IMG/VR virus record: IMGVR_UViG_3300027751_000013
From: an uncultured virus (IMG/VR IMGVR_UViG_3300027751_000013)
Lineage: Duplodnaviria > Heunggongvirae > Uroviricota > Caudoviricetes
Reading direction: 5' to 3' (one strand)
DNA: 64,000 bases
Notes under the pieces: model-generated
The model's database searches: none
Seen by the model: only the letters and a program-made list of their open reading frames with translations
Told to the model about the DNA's origin: nothing
In this document: positions 18,959-29,489 of the stretch, piece by piece
Layout of the letters: each line of letters starts with the position of its first letter
Numbering within the stretch: position 1 is the first letter of the stretch
Program-made: the position numbers and the translations under genes

Positions 18959-19638
18959 AAAACTTAAATGAAATAGCATTTGTAGTTCAGGCAAGACTTA
19001 ATAGTAAAAGGGTACCTCAAAAGATGATTCGTCCATTTGCTGGTGATACGTTATTTGGTATAGTATTAGACAAGCTATTGGACTGCAAAAATATACCTAA
19101 CGAAAATATATTTGCTTCTATATACGAAGACGAGCTTATAGAGATTGTAGATAATAAACCAATCAGTTATTTTGTTAGAAGTAAAGAATCAGCCGAAGAA
19201 GAGGACAATTTACAATTAATATACGAATGGCATGATAAGCTTCCAGCTAAGTACAAGTACGTAGTTCTAATTTCTGGTTGTAATCCATTACTTCAAATAA
19301 ATACGATTGATAGGTTTATAGAAAAGTTCGTAAACCAACAGGAAGAAAATCTATTTGCAGTCATAGAAAAAAGACAGTACTTCTGGAATAAACAAGGTAA
19401 GATGATTAATGATTGGCCGGTAGGTGAAACAATAATGAATACGAAAGTCATTGAACCTACATATGAAGCAGCACATTGTCTCTACGCTTCTAGATTAGAT
19501 ACTATAAAAAATAATAAATTTATGGTAGATTTTTCAAAAGAAAACCTTACCTTATATACTATACCAGAACTAGAGTCATTTGATATCGATTACGAATGGC
19601 AATTTAAAACAGCTGAACTGTTGTATGAAAAAATTTAA
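18955..19638 (+). CDS. neuA: CMP-nonulosonate synthetase (cytidylyltransferase)
   Basis: QARLNSKRVPQKMIR, CNPL, FDIDYEWQF. Confidence 0.85.
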   Translation: MKNLNEIAFVVQARLNSKRVPQKMIRPFAGDTLFGIVLDKLLDCKNIPNENIFASIYEDELIEIVDNKPISYFVRSKESAEEEDNLQLIYEWHDKLPAKYKYVVLISGCNPLLQINTIDRFIEKFVNQQEENLFAVIEKRQYFWNKQGKMINDWPVGETIMNTKVIEPTYEAAHCLYASRLDTIKNNKFMVDFSKENLTLYTIPELESFDIDYEWQFKTAELLYEKI

Positions 19639-20452
19639 AGTAGGAGTATTAGGAAACGGATTCGTAGGAGAGAGTCAAGCATTTGCTTTCTCACCAACTA
19701 CCGATTTAAGAATTTATGATGTAGATCCATTAAAAGCTACTCATACAAAAGAACAAGTAGACGAATGTGATTTTATATTTGTTTGTGTTCCAACACCAAT
19801 GTATAAAGATGGTTCACAAGATCTATCTTATATTGAAAAAGTATTTGAAGAGGCAGTAGAAGGGCCAATCTATATTATCAAATCTACAGTGCTACCCGGT
19901 ACCACAAAAGAACTCTCTGAGAAATATAATAAGATTAATATAGTATTTAGTCCTGAGTTTTTAACTGAGAGAACCGCTAAGTTAGATATGTTAACACAAG
20001 CAAGAATTATCTTTGGAGGACCAAGACAGCATACTAGAAAAGTAAGAGATTTGTTTGAGCAAAGATTCATGAATAGAAATATAATTGAAACAGACTCTAC
20101 AACTGCTGAGTTAATCAAATATATGAACAATACTTTCTTTGCAACCAAAGTATCTATCATGAATGAATTCAAAAGACTTTCAGATGCAATAGGAACTGAT
20201 TGGGAGACAGCTTTATATGGATTTGCTTCTGACGGAAGGATAGGAGATAGCCACTTACATGTCCCTGGACCAGACGGTAGAATGGGATACGGAGGAACTT
20301 GTTTTCCTAAAGATGTTAACGCTATTATAAAATACGGAGAAAAATATGGAACTCCTATGAATACTATAGCTGCAGGTTGGAAGACCAACCTAGAGGTTAG
20401 ACCAGAAAAAGATTGGGAAAAAGATAAAGGTAGAGCAGTAAGCGATGATTAA
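19625..20452 (+). CDS. ugd: UDP-glucose/GDP-mannose dehydrogenase family, short form (start revised to ATG 19625)
   Basis: GNGFVG, CVPTP, IKSTVLPGTT, FSPEFL, AELIKY..N.F.A.K, GYGGTCFPKD. Confidence 0.9.
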   Translation: MKKFKVGVLGNGFVGESQAFAFSPTTDLRIYDVDPLKATHTKEQVDECDFIFVCVPTPMYKDGSQDLSYIEKVFEEAVEGPIYIIKSTVLPGTTKELSEKYNKINIVFSPEFLTERTAKLDMLTQARIIFGGPRQHTRKVRDLFEQRFMNRNIIETDSTTAELIKYMNNTFFATKVSIMNEFKRLSDAIGTDWETALYGFASDGRIGDSHLHVPGPDGRMGYGGTCFPKDVNAIIKYGEKYGTPMNTIAAGWKTNLEVRPEKDWEKDKGRAVSDD

Positions 20453-21131
20453 AAATAGTTTTAGGGAAGATATAGAGTTCATTTTTACTAAACTAAAAAA
20501 TAAAGAGAAGTTTAGTTTTAGTAAATACGCTGATGGAGAGTTCGCAATACTAGCTAACCAACGTATAACCAATATCGATAATTGGACTTTTGATCCAACA
20601 AAACATTCTGAGATTAGGAATGAATTAATAAGATCGTTCCAATTTAAAGATCCTGAATACTACGTAGGAGTTAGCTGTAAGTGCTGCCAACCTGAACAAA
20701 TAGTAAACTGGATGAGACAAGAATCAAAACAAGATGTTCTTACTTGGGCTAACATATTTGTTAATAGTAACTACCCTTACTTCCAAGAGAATTTTATTCC
20801 GGAATTTAGTAACCATAAAGTAGTTTTATTTGCAAGAGAAGATGCTCGTACAAATGAATTACCATTTGAAGTAGAACATATACCTATAACTTCGGAAGCT
20901 TTTATAGATAATTTTGATATGGTAGAAAATTTTCCTATAGAAGAATATAAAGACAAGTTATTTTTATTCTGTGCTGGACCATTAGGTAACATGTTAGCAG
21001 CTAAATTTTGGGAAAAGAATAAAGAGAATACATATCTTGATATAGGTTCAACATTAAACGGATACTTAACTGAAACTAATAGAGGGTACCTTAAAGGAGG
21101 TAACACAGCACTAAAAACTTGTATATGGTAA
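20445..21131 (+). CDS. GT-D-like glycosyltransferase
   Basis: FSKYADGE, FCAGPLGN, YLDIGS. Confidence 0.65.
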   Translation: MIKNSFREDIEFIFTKLKNKEKFSFSKYADGEFAILANQRITNIDNWTFDPTKHSEIRNELIRSFQFKDPEYYVGVSCKCCQPEQIVNWMRQESKQDVLTWANIFVNSNYPYFQENFIPEFSNHKVVLFAREDARTNELPFEVEHIPITSEAFIDNFDMVENFPIEEYKDKLFLFCAGPLGNMLAAKFWEKNKENTYLDIGSTLNGYLTETNRGYLKGGNTALKTCIW

Positions 21132-22105
21132 ATAAAGTCTTAATTTGTTTTGGAACAAGACCTGAATGGTTGAAAGTAAAACCTTTAGTTGAGACTTTAG
21201 ATAACTGTCAACTACTCTTTACCGGTCAACATAAAGACTTACTTGCTGATATAAAAGTAGACTATAGAATAGAAATAGGAGATCAAACAAATAGACTTGA
21301 TCAAATCATAAGTGACTGCTTACTTCAATTCCCAGAAGGAGACTTCGATACAGTCTTAGTTCACGGCGATACAGTTTCAGCTCTTGCTTGTGCTCTAGCA
21401 GCATTTAGTAGAAAGAAAAAAATCATTCACCTTGAAGCAGGTTTAAGATCTCATGATTTGACTCAACCTTACCCGGAAGAAGGGTACAGACAAATGATAT
21501 CTAGAATAGCAGATATAAACTTTGCTCCAACTGAACTGTCAGCTGAGAATTTAAAACAAGAAAGAGTTTTAGGAACAACACACATTGTAGGTAATTCAGT
21601 TTTAGATAACTTACTGCCATTAAAAGATGAAGCAGTATATGGAGACAAAGTTCTAGTCACCTTACATAGATGGGAGAATCATATTTGGATGGATAAATGG
21701 TTTAAAGAAGTAAACCAACTAGCGATTGATAACCCTACCTTAGAGTTTATCATTCCTCTACACCATCATCCCGAAGTACAAAAACATAGAGAATTACTAA
21801 CACATGTTAATGTAGTTCCGTCTTTACCTCATACTGAACTTTTAGATATAATGTTACAATCTAAACTCATCATATCAGATAGCGGAGGACTTCAGGAAGA
21901 AGGAACATTCTTTAATAAGAAAGTAATTGTATGTAGAGATGTAACTGAAAGACCAGAAGGTATAGAAACAGGACATTTACATTTATGTCATTACCCAGAA
22001 CAGATATCTGATATCTTTTATAAGATTTTAAATAATTACGAAATAGATACAAAATGTCCATACGGTGAAGGTAATACAGCCAAACTAGTTAAAGATTTAC
22101 TATGA
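21125..22105 (+). CDS. wecB: UDP-N-acetylglucosamine 2-epimerase
   Basis: FGTRPE, TGQH, VHGDT, HLEAGLRS, PYPEE, SDSGGLQEE, TERPE. Confidence 0.95.
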   Translation: MVNKVLICFGTRPEWLKVKPLVETLDNCQLLFTGQHKDLLADIKVDYRIEIGDQTNRLDQIISDCLLQFPEGDFDTVLVHGDTVSALACALAAFSRKKKIIHLEAGLRSHDLTQPYPEEGYRQMISRIADINFAPTELSAENLKQERVLGTTHIVGNSVLDNLLPLKDEAVYGDKVLVTLHRWENHIWMDKWFKEVNQLAIDNPTLEFIIPLHHHPEVQKHRELLTHVNVVPSLPHTELLDIMLQSKLIISDSGGLQEEGTFFNKKVIVCRDVTERPEGIETGHLHLCHYPEQISDIFYKILNNYEIDTKCPYGEGNTAKLVKDLL

Positions 22106-22818
22106 TAACAGTTGTACTAAATAGCTACAAAAGAGCACAATACCTACCTGAACAGATAAAAGCCATTAGGGAACAATCTATTCCTGTAGACGAAATAATG
22201 GTATGGTCAAACAAACCAGAAGAAGGGTTACAGTACAATATAGATAATTTAGGAGTTAAGGTAGCTTATGCAAATCATAATTTCAAGTTTCATGGTAGAT
22301 TTGCTTTTGGTTTATTAGCTAGAAGCGAGTATGTAGCTTTTTTTGATGACGATACAATACCTGGACCTAAATGGTTTGAATCTTGTTTAAAATACTCAGA
22401 GGAAAATATTATACTAGGTTCAACAGGAGTTAAGTATTTAGGAGATGCTTATGACCCGCATGAAAAGTATGGCTGGAATGGAATAAAAAGTAATAAACTA
22501 GAAGATGTTGACTTAGTTGGACATTCATGGTTTATGAAAAGATCTACTTTAAAGTACTTATGGGAAGAAGATCCCATCTCTTGGGAGAACGGAGAAGATA
22601 TTCAACTGTCTGGTTTTGCTTATAAATACGGAAACATAAGAACAGCAGTACCCCCTCACACTCTAGATAATAGAGAGGAATGGGGAAGTATAAAAGGAGA
22701 CGTATACGGAAATGATGAAAATGCTTCTCATTGGAAAGGTAATCATTCACCGTTACGTAATCAGATTTCTAAAACATTAATGGAACAAGGATACAAAAAA
22801 GTAATAGATAGAATATGA
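22102..22818 (+). CDS. GT-A (GT2-like) glycosyltransferase
   Basis: VVLNSYKR, AFFDDDTIPG, GEDIQLS. Confidence 0.85.
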   Translation: MITVVLNSYKRAQYLPEQIKAIREQSIPVDEIMVWSNKPEEGLQYNIDNLGVKVAYANHNFKFHGRFAFGLLARSEYVAFFDDDTIPGPKWFESCLKYSEENIILGSTGVKYLGDAYDPHEKYGWNGIKSNKLEDVDLVGHSWFMKRSTLKYLWEEDPISWENGEDIQLSGFAYKYGNIRTAVPPHTLDNREEWGSIKGDVYGNDENASHWKGNHSPLRNQISKTLMEQGYKKVIDRI

Positions 22819-23663
22819 AAGTACTAGTAACAGGCGGAGCTGGTTTTATCGGAACAAATATTGTTAATAAACTTCTTAAAGAGGGGCATGAAGTTATGTC
22901 TTTAGATAATTACGATAGTGGCCTTAAAGAGAATGAACTACCTGGATGTATATACAAAGAAGGAGAGTTAGAGTTCTTAAAGTACTTTAATGGAAACGGA
23001 TTTGATATAGTTTACCATCTAGCAGCTTTATCTAGAATACAGCCTTCATTTGAAAATCCATTAGAAACTTTCAGAGTAAATACCGAAGGAAGTTTAATTG
23101 TAGCTGATTGGGCTAAAAAGTACAACGTAAAGGTTGTTTATGCCGGTTCATCTTCAAGATGGCATGATCCATTACAATCACCTTACGCAGCTTTTAAACA
23201 TATGGGAGAAGAAATCTTTAAAATGTATAGAAAGGTATACGGGTTAAATGTAGAAATAGCTAGATTCTATAATGTATATGGACCGAAAGAAATAGTAGAT
23301 GGAGATTGGGCAGCAGTTATAGGAATATGGAGACGTCAAGTTAGAGATGGAGAACGTATTACAATAGTAGGTGATGGAGAACAGAGAAGAGACTTTACTC
23401 ATGTTCACGACATAGTAGACGCTTTATATAAAATTGGTATTGGAAAAGAATCACACGAAGATGCTTGGGAATTAGGAACAGGAGTCAACTACTCTATCAA
23501 CGAAGTATTTGATATGTTTAAAAGTAGGTTTAATGTTGAAGCAGTATACTTACCAGACCAGAAAGGAAACTATAGAAAGACTTTAAGAGAGAATGATGAT
23601 AGTTTATTACGTTTAGGTTGGAAACCTGAAGATCAATTACTATCTTATATAAACAGCTTATGA
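22815..23663 (+). CDS. NAD-dependent sugar epimerase/dehydratase
   Basis: VTGGAGFIG, YHLAA, SPYAAFK, RFYNVYGP, GDGEQRRDF. Confidence 0.95.
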   Translation: MKVLVTGGAGFIGTNIVNKLLKEGHEVMSLDNYDSGLKENELPGCIYKEGELEFLKYFNGNGFDIVYHLAALSRIQPSFENPLETFRVNTEGSLIVADWAKKYNVKVVYAGSSSRWHDPLQSPYAAFKHMGEEIFKMYRKVYGLNVEIARFYNVYGPKEIVDGDWAAVIGIWRRQVRDGERITIVGDGEQRRDFTHVHDIVDALYKIGIGKESHEDAWELGTGVNYSINEVFDMFKSRFNVEAVYLPDQKGNYRKTLRENDDSLLRLGWKPEDQLLSYINSL

Positions 23664-24409
23664 AATTAGTAGTATATACAGCCCTATTTGCAGACGAATC
23701 TCTACCTTTAGAAGATGTAGGAAGGTTTTTTCCATTCACTCATGACAAAGGAGGTGTAGAGTACATAGCGTTTACAAATAGAGAAGACCTAAAATCAGAC
23801 TTTTGGGATGTAAGAGGTATAGAAAAAGAAGGGGATAAGTCATTTAGAATGATGTCTAGGTTCTTAAAATGGAACCCAACAAAAGCTAATCTTCCGGAAC
23901 ATACTCATTCATTATGGATGGACTCACAATGTTATTTCCAATACGAACCTACAGCTATTGTTGATGGATACTTGAAAGACAAATACCATACAGCTATGCA
24001 TCATCATACAGACCTACAAAGTATCTATGTAGAAGGAATGGTAACATCGTATGTTTACTTTAATGACAAACCTTCTATTGTTAATAGACAATTAGAAAGA
24101 TACTTCGAAGAAGGGCATCCTTATCAATATGATCATTACGAAACTGGAATACTTATTAGAAAGAACTGTAAGGAAGCTAATGAACTTGGAGAGACTGTTT
24201 ATAATGAACTCTCCAACGGAAGTATTAGAGATCAACTATGTACACCATATGTAGTTAAAAAGAGGAGAGACAAAGGAGATGAAGGTATACTAACAATACA
24301 AGAATCTTTCACAGGACATAGAGGACAGCTACCTCTACCTAAATCAAAAATATTTTTTACAGAACCAAAACCAAGCGAAAAGCTTAAAGAAGATTTAACA
24401 AAGAGATGA
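23660..24409 (+). CDS. DUF616/TOD1-like GT-A glycosyltransferase
   Basis: VVYTAL, SRFLKW, SLWMD, ETGILIR, RDQL. Confidence 0.7.
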   Translation: MKLVVYTALFADESLPLEDVGRFFPFTHDKGGVEYIAFTNREDLKSDFWDVRGIEKEGDKSFRMMSRFLKWNPTKANLPEHTHSLWMDSQCYFQYEPTAIVDGYLKDKYHTAMHHHTDLQSIYVEGMVTSYVYFNDKPSIVNRQLERYFEEGHPYQYDHYETGILIRKNCKEANELGETVYNELSNGSIRDQLCTPYVVKKRRDKGDEGILTIQESFTGHRGQLPLPKSKIFFTEPKPSEKLKEDLTKR

Positions 24410-24579
24410 AAAAGTACATTGTAGAGTTTACGTATCTAGACGGAACAAAAGAAGAAGTAGAGTTTTTAACCGATAGAATTGATTGGACTATAAACCAATA
24501 CTGCCGTAATAGAATGATAGCTAATTCACAAGTTTTAACAGAAGGATCATCAAATAGTAAAAAAATGTTATTAGGTTAA
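24406..24579 (+). CDS. Hypothetical 57-aa protein (not in track)
   Basis: MKKYIVEFTYLDGTKEE...SKKMLLG; ATGA overlap with previous gene. Confidence 0.6.
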   Translation: MKKYIVEFTYLDGTKEEVEFLTDRIDWTINQYCRNRMIANSQVLTEGSSNSKKMLLG

Positions 24580-24622
24580 CTATTTATTTGTATACCCGAA
24601 AAAGATTTCTTATATTTAAGAT

Positions 24623-25000
24623 ATGAAACAATTAGAAAAATTAGTAAAAGAAGTTATAACTGAAGCAGCTAAAATTAACTTTGCTGGACATTCATTTATG
24701 CTTAAGGTTGACACTAATGAGGATCCTCAGAAGAAAGGTGTAAAGGTTCAATTTATTCCAACACAGTTTGGACAAATGACTCCAACCGAACAAAATGATA
24801 TTGCAATCGAATTGGAAACTAGACTTGAAAAAGGATTAGGTCAGTTTGATATGAGAGTAGAAAGAGACAGAAACTTAAAGGATAAAACTATTATAGGTTT
24901 CTTTATCTATATTGAATATTTCGATAGAATTATTCGTAAGGCTCTAGCAGGAGAGAATCCTGATCAAGGAGACGCTGGTGCAGAACCAGAACAAGTGTAA
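24623..25000 (+). CDS. Hypothetical protein, possibly virion-internal
   Basis: N-terminal LEKLVKEVITE helix. Confidence 0.65.
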   Translation: MKQLEKLVKEVITEAAKINFAGHSFMLKVDTNEDPQKKGVKVQFIPTQFGQMTPTEQNDIAIELETRLEKGLGQFDMRVERDRNLKDKTIIGFFIYIEYFDRIIRKALAGENPDQGDAGAEPEQV

Positions 25001-25018
25001 CTTAAAACCAGTTTACAG

Positions 25019-25177
25019 ATGAATGGGTATCGATTTTACAGTAAAGAAGACCCTGAAAAAGAAACTATTATGGCCTGGCCTTCTAGTTCTTTTGAAACGG
25101 CAGTAGAAAGATTTGCACAAATTAAGAATCTTCCAGTAGAAGATTTTACTAAACTATTTGAAGTAGAAAGATTATGA
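25019..25177 (+). CDS. Hypothetical 52-aa protein (not in track)
   Basis: MNGYRFYSKEDPEKE...KLFEVERL; ATGA overlap with next gene. Confidence 0.55.
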   Translation: MNGYRFYSKEDPEKETIMAWPSSSFETAVERFAQIKNLPVEDFTKLFEVERL

Positions 25178-25581
25178 TTGAACCTAGAAAAAAAGTCAGA
25201 CAAGTCCTATTTTCTATTCATCAATTATCTTACCGCATCAAAGAAAAATCCCCAAGTAACGAGCATATGAATAAAAAAATATTCATAGAGGTTTTAGAAC
25301 AATTAAAGTTAATCGAAGAGCGTAGGGATTTTATGGAAGAAGAAATAGGAATGGATATGACACAGTACGAAGATCAATTCTTCTCAGTCATTGAGAACCT
25401 ATTTAAATTAGCTTTCAATAAACAGCAACTTGGACTCATTCAATTATACCTCTATCAGTTAGTACCGGACAAAGAATGGGACGGAACAATCACAATAGAA
25501 TTAGGTAAAGAAGAAAAGGTAGTAAATTTTAAAACACCTGAAGATGTTTGGAATACTATAAACTTATTTACAAATGGTTAA
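25174..25581 (+). CDS. Hypothetical protein
   Basis: 135-aa coupled ORF. Confidence 0.7.
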   Translation: MIEPRKKVRQVLFSIHQLSYRIKEKSPSNEHMNKKIFIEVLEQLKLIEERRDFMEEEIGMDMTQYEDQFFSVIENLFKLAFNKQQLGLIQLYLYQLVPDKEWDGTITIELGKEEKVVNFKTPEDVWNTINLFTNG

Positions 25582-25903
25582 CGTAAGTGATACAGCAGCA
25601 CAGCAGCTACTAAATATATTTATAGAAGAGAATAAAGACCCAAAAGAAAACTACGTAAGAGTAGGAGTTAAATCAGGAGGATGTTCCGGTTTATCTTACA
25701 TATTAGACTTTGAGGATAAAGCTTCGGAAGACGATAAAGTAGTAGAATCAAATGGAGTAAATCTTCTTATAGATAAAAAGAGTCTTTTATACCTTATCGG
25801 GACTACATTAGAATATTCTTCCGGACTAAACGGTAAAGGATTTCATTGGACTAATCCAAACGCACAAAGAAGTTGCGGATGTGGAGAAAGTTTTTCACTA
25901 TAA
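25574..25903 (+). CDS. iscA: A-type Fe-S carrier (IscA/HesB)
   Basis: VKSGGCSGLSY, NPNAQRSCGCGESF. Confidence 0.96.
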   Translation: MVNVSDTAAQQLLNIFIEENKDPKENYVRVGVKSGGCSGLSYILDFEDKASEDDKVVESNGVNLLIDKKSLLYLIGTTLEYSSGLNGKGFHWTNPNAQRSCGCGESFSL

Positions 25904-25963
25904 AGTTGCTAGATTAAATTATTATTCTTATATTTAGTATTATTAATTAACTAAAGGTTATAT

Positions 25964-26347
25964 ATGCAATTAGAAATGATTGAGTGCCCTAAATGCGGCA
26001 ACGACTTCCCATTAAAAAGAAAAGAGTTAGGTTACCATGTATGTGTTAACTGTTCGACAACTAAAGCAGTAGTAGGCGTTACTACAGTAGAAGGAAGTGG
26101 AGACCATACTTACAATGATCTTATTATTATGGATCAAGATCAATACCTTTCTATTAAAAGAAAAGAAGCTGAACTATCAGGTAAGAAATCAGACTTATTA
26201 GAAATTCTAGACTTAGACAGAGACGAAAACGAAGTAAGCCAATCAGTAAAAGAACAAGTCAACGTAATATTAGATGACGACTTGGAAGCAGAGGAAGACG
26301 AACAAGACGTTGACAGAACAGGTCAAATAGAAGGAATAGATTACTAG
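25964..26347 (+). CDS. C4 zinc-finger protein with acidic tail
   Basis: CPKC...R.ELG...CVNC. Confidence 0.75.
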   Translation: MQLEMIECPKCGNDFPLKRKELGYHVCVNCSTTKAVVGVTTVEGSGDHTYNDLIIMDQDQYLSIKRKEAELSGKKSDLLEILDLDRDENEVSQSVKEQVNVILDDDLEAEEDEQDVDRTGQIEGIDY

Positions 26348-26348
26348 T

Positions 26349-27344
26349 ATGGATTTTGAAAATTACTTTAGAGACATAGGAAGGAAAGTTATATACAAAG
26401 CTGTAAACGGTGAGTACGACAAAGGTATAGATATGTTTAGTTATAATGCTAAAGGAATAGATAACCATAAAAATCTCTATAAGTCTATACCTAATTTTAA
26501 AACTCAAGAGGATTTATGGGAGTTCTTATTAACTCACTTACCGGATGGGTATAAAGTTGGCACTTTTAACTTACCTCCTGAAGATATATACTCTGTATTT
26601 AGCCCAATCGACCTAGTACATCAAGCTATTGAGTTTTTGGAACTATACAAGGAAGGTAGTGATTGGAAAGCTTTGATTAGCGATCTAGAATTTAAAAATG
26701 GTAAAACACTACTCTTACCTGTATACACACACTATTTTAAATTATCTCAATTAGCACGTATCTACATAAAGGCTGGTCTAAATTTTACATACCCTCCAAC
26801 TGCAAATAAAATTTTAAACTTACCTAAATACTTCTTACACCCAGGAGGTTTTAGACAGTTAATCTACCAAGTATTTTCACCTGATAAAAATATAGAAGTG
26901 CTTGGGCTAGCAGCTAAAGATGTTGAAGTAGTTAAAGAATTTAACAGTACTGAGAGTATATTAGAGTATTTTAAACTTAATACAGAAACAGCAGAATTAG
27001 ATATTACCTTACATGGTTTCGAAAATTTACTCCTGCCTCAATTTGCTTTCGGCTATACAGACTACCACAAAGGACTAAAATCAGAGTTTATAAACTTTCT
27101 CAAATTTTTTGATTCTGTAAACATATTTACCAACTTTATGTTTACTCATAAGAGTATAGATCAAAGTAAAGTAAAAACTGATTACTTTATAGAATTAGAA
27201 GATAAGGAAGATCCAATAATAATACTAAAAGTATTTCTTCTACTACCTTTTTTAGAAACTAAAGATAGACACTATTTTGAGGAAATCCCAGGTGTAGTAG
27301 TAAGAGAATTAAAACCGATTAAGATTACTAAAACTAACAACTAA
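26349..27344 (+). CDS. Hypothetical protein (331 aa)
   Basis: Long ORF; HPGGFR motif; family not recognised. Confidence 0.7.
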   Translation: MDFENYFRDIGRKVIYKAVNGEYDKGIDMFSYNAKGIDNHKNLYKSIPNFKTQEDLWEFLLTHLPDGYKVGTFNLPPEDIYSVFSPIDLVHQAIEFLELYKEGSDWKALISDLEFKNGKTLLLPVYTHYFKLSQLARIYIKAGLNFTYPPTANKILNLPKYFLHPGGFRQLIYQVFSPDKNIEVLGLAAKDVEVVKEFNSTESILEYFKLNTETAELDITLHGFENLLLPQFAFGYTDYHKGLKSEFINFLKFFDSVNIFTNFMFTHKSIDQSKVKTDYFIELEDKEDPIIILKVFLLLPFLETKDRHYFEEIPGVVVRELKPIKITKTNN

Positions 27345-27347
27345 AAA

Positions 27348-27980
27348 TTGCCTAGAGCTCCAAAAATATTAACCAAAGAAGATATACAAAGAGCACAATT
27401 AAGAACTCGTTCTAATTTAGCAGCAGCAAGATATCTTCATGTTTCCTACCCACACTATAGGAAGTATGCTTTGTTATTTAAAAACGAAGACGGAGTTACT
27501 TTATTTGAAGCTCATAAAAATCAAGAGGGTAAAGGTATAGCCAAATTTAATCCTAACGGAATAAATGAACCTCCTCTATTAGATATCTTAGAAGGTAGAG
27601 TACCTTTAGAACATTTTGACTCAAAAAGAATCAAAGAGAGAATAATCTTTGAAGCTCTAATAGAAGAGAAATGTGCCCATTGCGGATTCTCAGAGAAGAG
27701 AGTACATGATACTAAAGTACCTATCATCTTAAACCATAAGGACGGTAATAGGAAGAACTGGCTTGTCGAGAATTTAGAATTCTTATGTTACAATTGTGCA
27801 TTTTTGTACGCTACTTCTCCTATTACCGACAATCAGGTAGATAGAATGGAAGATTATGTAGATAAATCTGATGAAGAGTTTACTTGGGAGATGGATGAAG
27901 CTACAGTAGAACATCTTAAGAACTTAGGACTGTACGAAGAAGAGAAGAGACCTGGAGATGAGTACATCTCTAGACTTTAA
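27348..27980 (+). CDS. HNH endonuclease-domain protein with N-terminal HTH
   Basis: SNLAAARYL; CAHC...LNHKDGNRKN...NLEFLCYNC. Confidence 0.85.
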   Translation: MPRAPKILTKEDIQRAQLRTRSNLAAARYLHVSYPHYRKYALLFKNEDGVTLFEAHKNQEGKGIAKFNPNGINEPPLLDILEGRVPLEHFDSKRIKERIIFEALIEEKCAHCGFSEKRVHDTKVPIILNHKDGNRKNWLVENLEFLCYNCAFLYATSPITDNQVDRMEDYVDKSDEEFTWEMDEATVEHLKNLGLYEEEKRPGDEYISRL

Positions 27981-27993
27981 TCTATTTATTATT

Positions 27994-28143
27994 ATGACAA
28001 AGAAGAAAACTAGTAAGCTTTCTACCTTTAAAAAGAATAAACCTCTCGAAAGAAAAGTAGCCGATGACTTAGTAAGGCTACATGAACGTAATGAAAAGTT
28101 ACGTGAAAAAGAGATAGGAACTTCCTTTTTAGACCTATTTTAG
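27994..28143 (+). CDS. Small basic protein
   Basis: ATG 27994 just after TATTTAT; ends SFLDLF. Confidence 0.55.
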   Translation: MTKKKTSKLSTFKKNKPLERKVADDLVRLHERNEKLREKEIGTSFLDLF

Positions 28144-28194
28144 TTGGTCGTTATCTTTTTTTTCCTTATCTTTAATTAACTTAAAAAACCTATT

Positions 28195-28758
28195 ATGATG
28201 TATAGATATGACAGAGTAACTTTGGAATTTAAAAAAATTAAGTATAGTGAAATTTTCTTTAAAACTATATTAGCAACTGTAGTTCTATTTACTCTTTTTA
28301 GTTTAACCTATAAATTAGATAGAACTAAAATAGATCAACTCACCGACGAAGAGAAACTAATAATTATCTCAGACTATAATGAATTTTCGGAAGAAAAACT
28401 TGTTGCTAAGATTAAGGAATTGAACTTTAGATACCCACATATTGTATTAGCACAAGCAAAACTAGAAACAGGTTACTTTAAATCAGAAAGTTTTACTTAC
28501 GCTAATAACTTATTTGGTATGAAACAAGCTAAAGCAAGAGCAAATACTGCTGTTGGAACTTCAAGAGGTCATGCTCGTTACGATAGTTGGATTGAAAGTC
28601 TATATGACTATGCTCTTTTCCATAACGCTTATTTAAATAAGTTAAGAACTGAAGCACTCTACTACGCCTACTTAGGTCAAAATTATGCTGAAGATCCTAA
28701 ATATGTCGATAAATTAAAAGCTATAGTAGAAAAACAAGAATTAAAAAATAAATTCTAA
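28195..28758 (+). CDS. Membrane-anchored GH73 glucosaminidase-like peptidoglycan hydrolase
   Basis: AQAKLETG, NNLFGMK, YAEDPKY; N-terminal TM. Confidence 0.88.
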   Translation: MMYRYDRVTLEFKKIKYSEIFFKTILATVVLFTLFSLTYKLDRTKIDQLTDEEKLIIISDYNEFSEEKLVAKIKELNFRYPHIVLAQAKLETGYFKSESFTYANNLFGMKQAKARANTAVGTSRGHARYDSWIESLYDYALFHNAYLNKLRTEALYYAYLGQNYAEDPKYVDKLKAIVEKQELKNKF

Positions 28759-28764
28759 AAAGTT

Positions 28765-29133
28765 ATGAATTTACTATTTCCAAAGTATAAATTATCAGAC
28801 AAAGAAATACAAATTAAACATATTATTGAAAACCTAATTAATGACCCTGTTACTGTTAAGTTAATGGATCCAATTACATCTCATTATTACTTAGATAACA
28901 AAAAGTTGGGATACTTTATTCTCATTAGTTACAGTATTATAAAAATTACAAATCATAAATTCTACTATACAGAAAATATTAGCAGTAGATTTAGCAGTGA
29001 AATTGAAAAATCAATCCAGGTAGCAATAAGTAAAGATAGAAGAAGAATTGAAGACGAAATGTTTAAAAACGAATCTGATCTTTTGACAAATATTCTTAAA
29101 AAAGTCACAGTTCCTAGTTTGAAATCTGAATAA
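28765..29133 (+). CDS. Hypothetical protein
   Basis: 122-aa ORF. Confidence 0.65.
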   Translation: MNLLFPKYKLSDKEIQIKHIIENLINDPVTVKLMDPITSHYYLDNKKLGYFILISYSIIKITNHKFYYTENISSRFSSEIEKSIQVAISKDRRRIEDEMFKNESDLLTNILKKVTVPSLKSE

Positions 29134-29167
29134 TATTTCTTATCTTTATGTATATAAAAAATAGGTT

Positions 29168-29485
29168 ATGGCAGAAAAGAGGGGTGAAATTGAGAAAATT
29201 ATAAATGATTTCAACACAGCTGGTAGTTTAGAGATAAACCATCCTGTAGTAGGTTGGCATAGAGTTACAGCTAAAGACTTCAGATCATTTGATGGCGAAA
29301 GAAGAATTACCGAGCCTGAATATACCAGACTTAGTACGGTTGAAGTTCCTATGAAGACAGTAGAGTACTTTGGCCCTGTATACTATTGGGGAACTAATAA
29401 AGAAGTACGTCCTACTAATTCAGGAAAGATAATTGATAGCCCTATACAGGCAAAGTTAAACAGAATCTCAGGAAGTAAAGGTTAA
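29168..29485 (+). CDS. Hypothetical protein
   Basis: 105-aa ORF, promoter motif and GGTTATG start. Confidence 0.7.
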   Translation: MAEKRGEIEKIINDFNTAGSLEINHPVVGWHRVTAKDFRSFDGERRITEPEYTRLSTVEVPMKTVEYFGPVYYWGTNKEVRPTNSGKIIDSPIQAKLNRISGSKG

Positions 29486-29489
29486 TATA

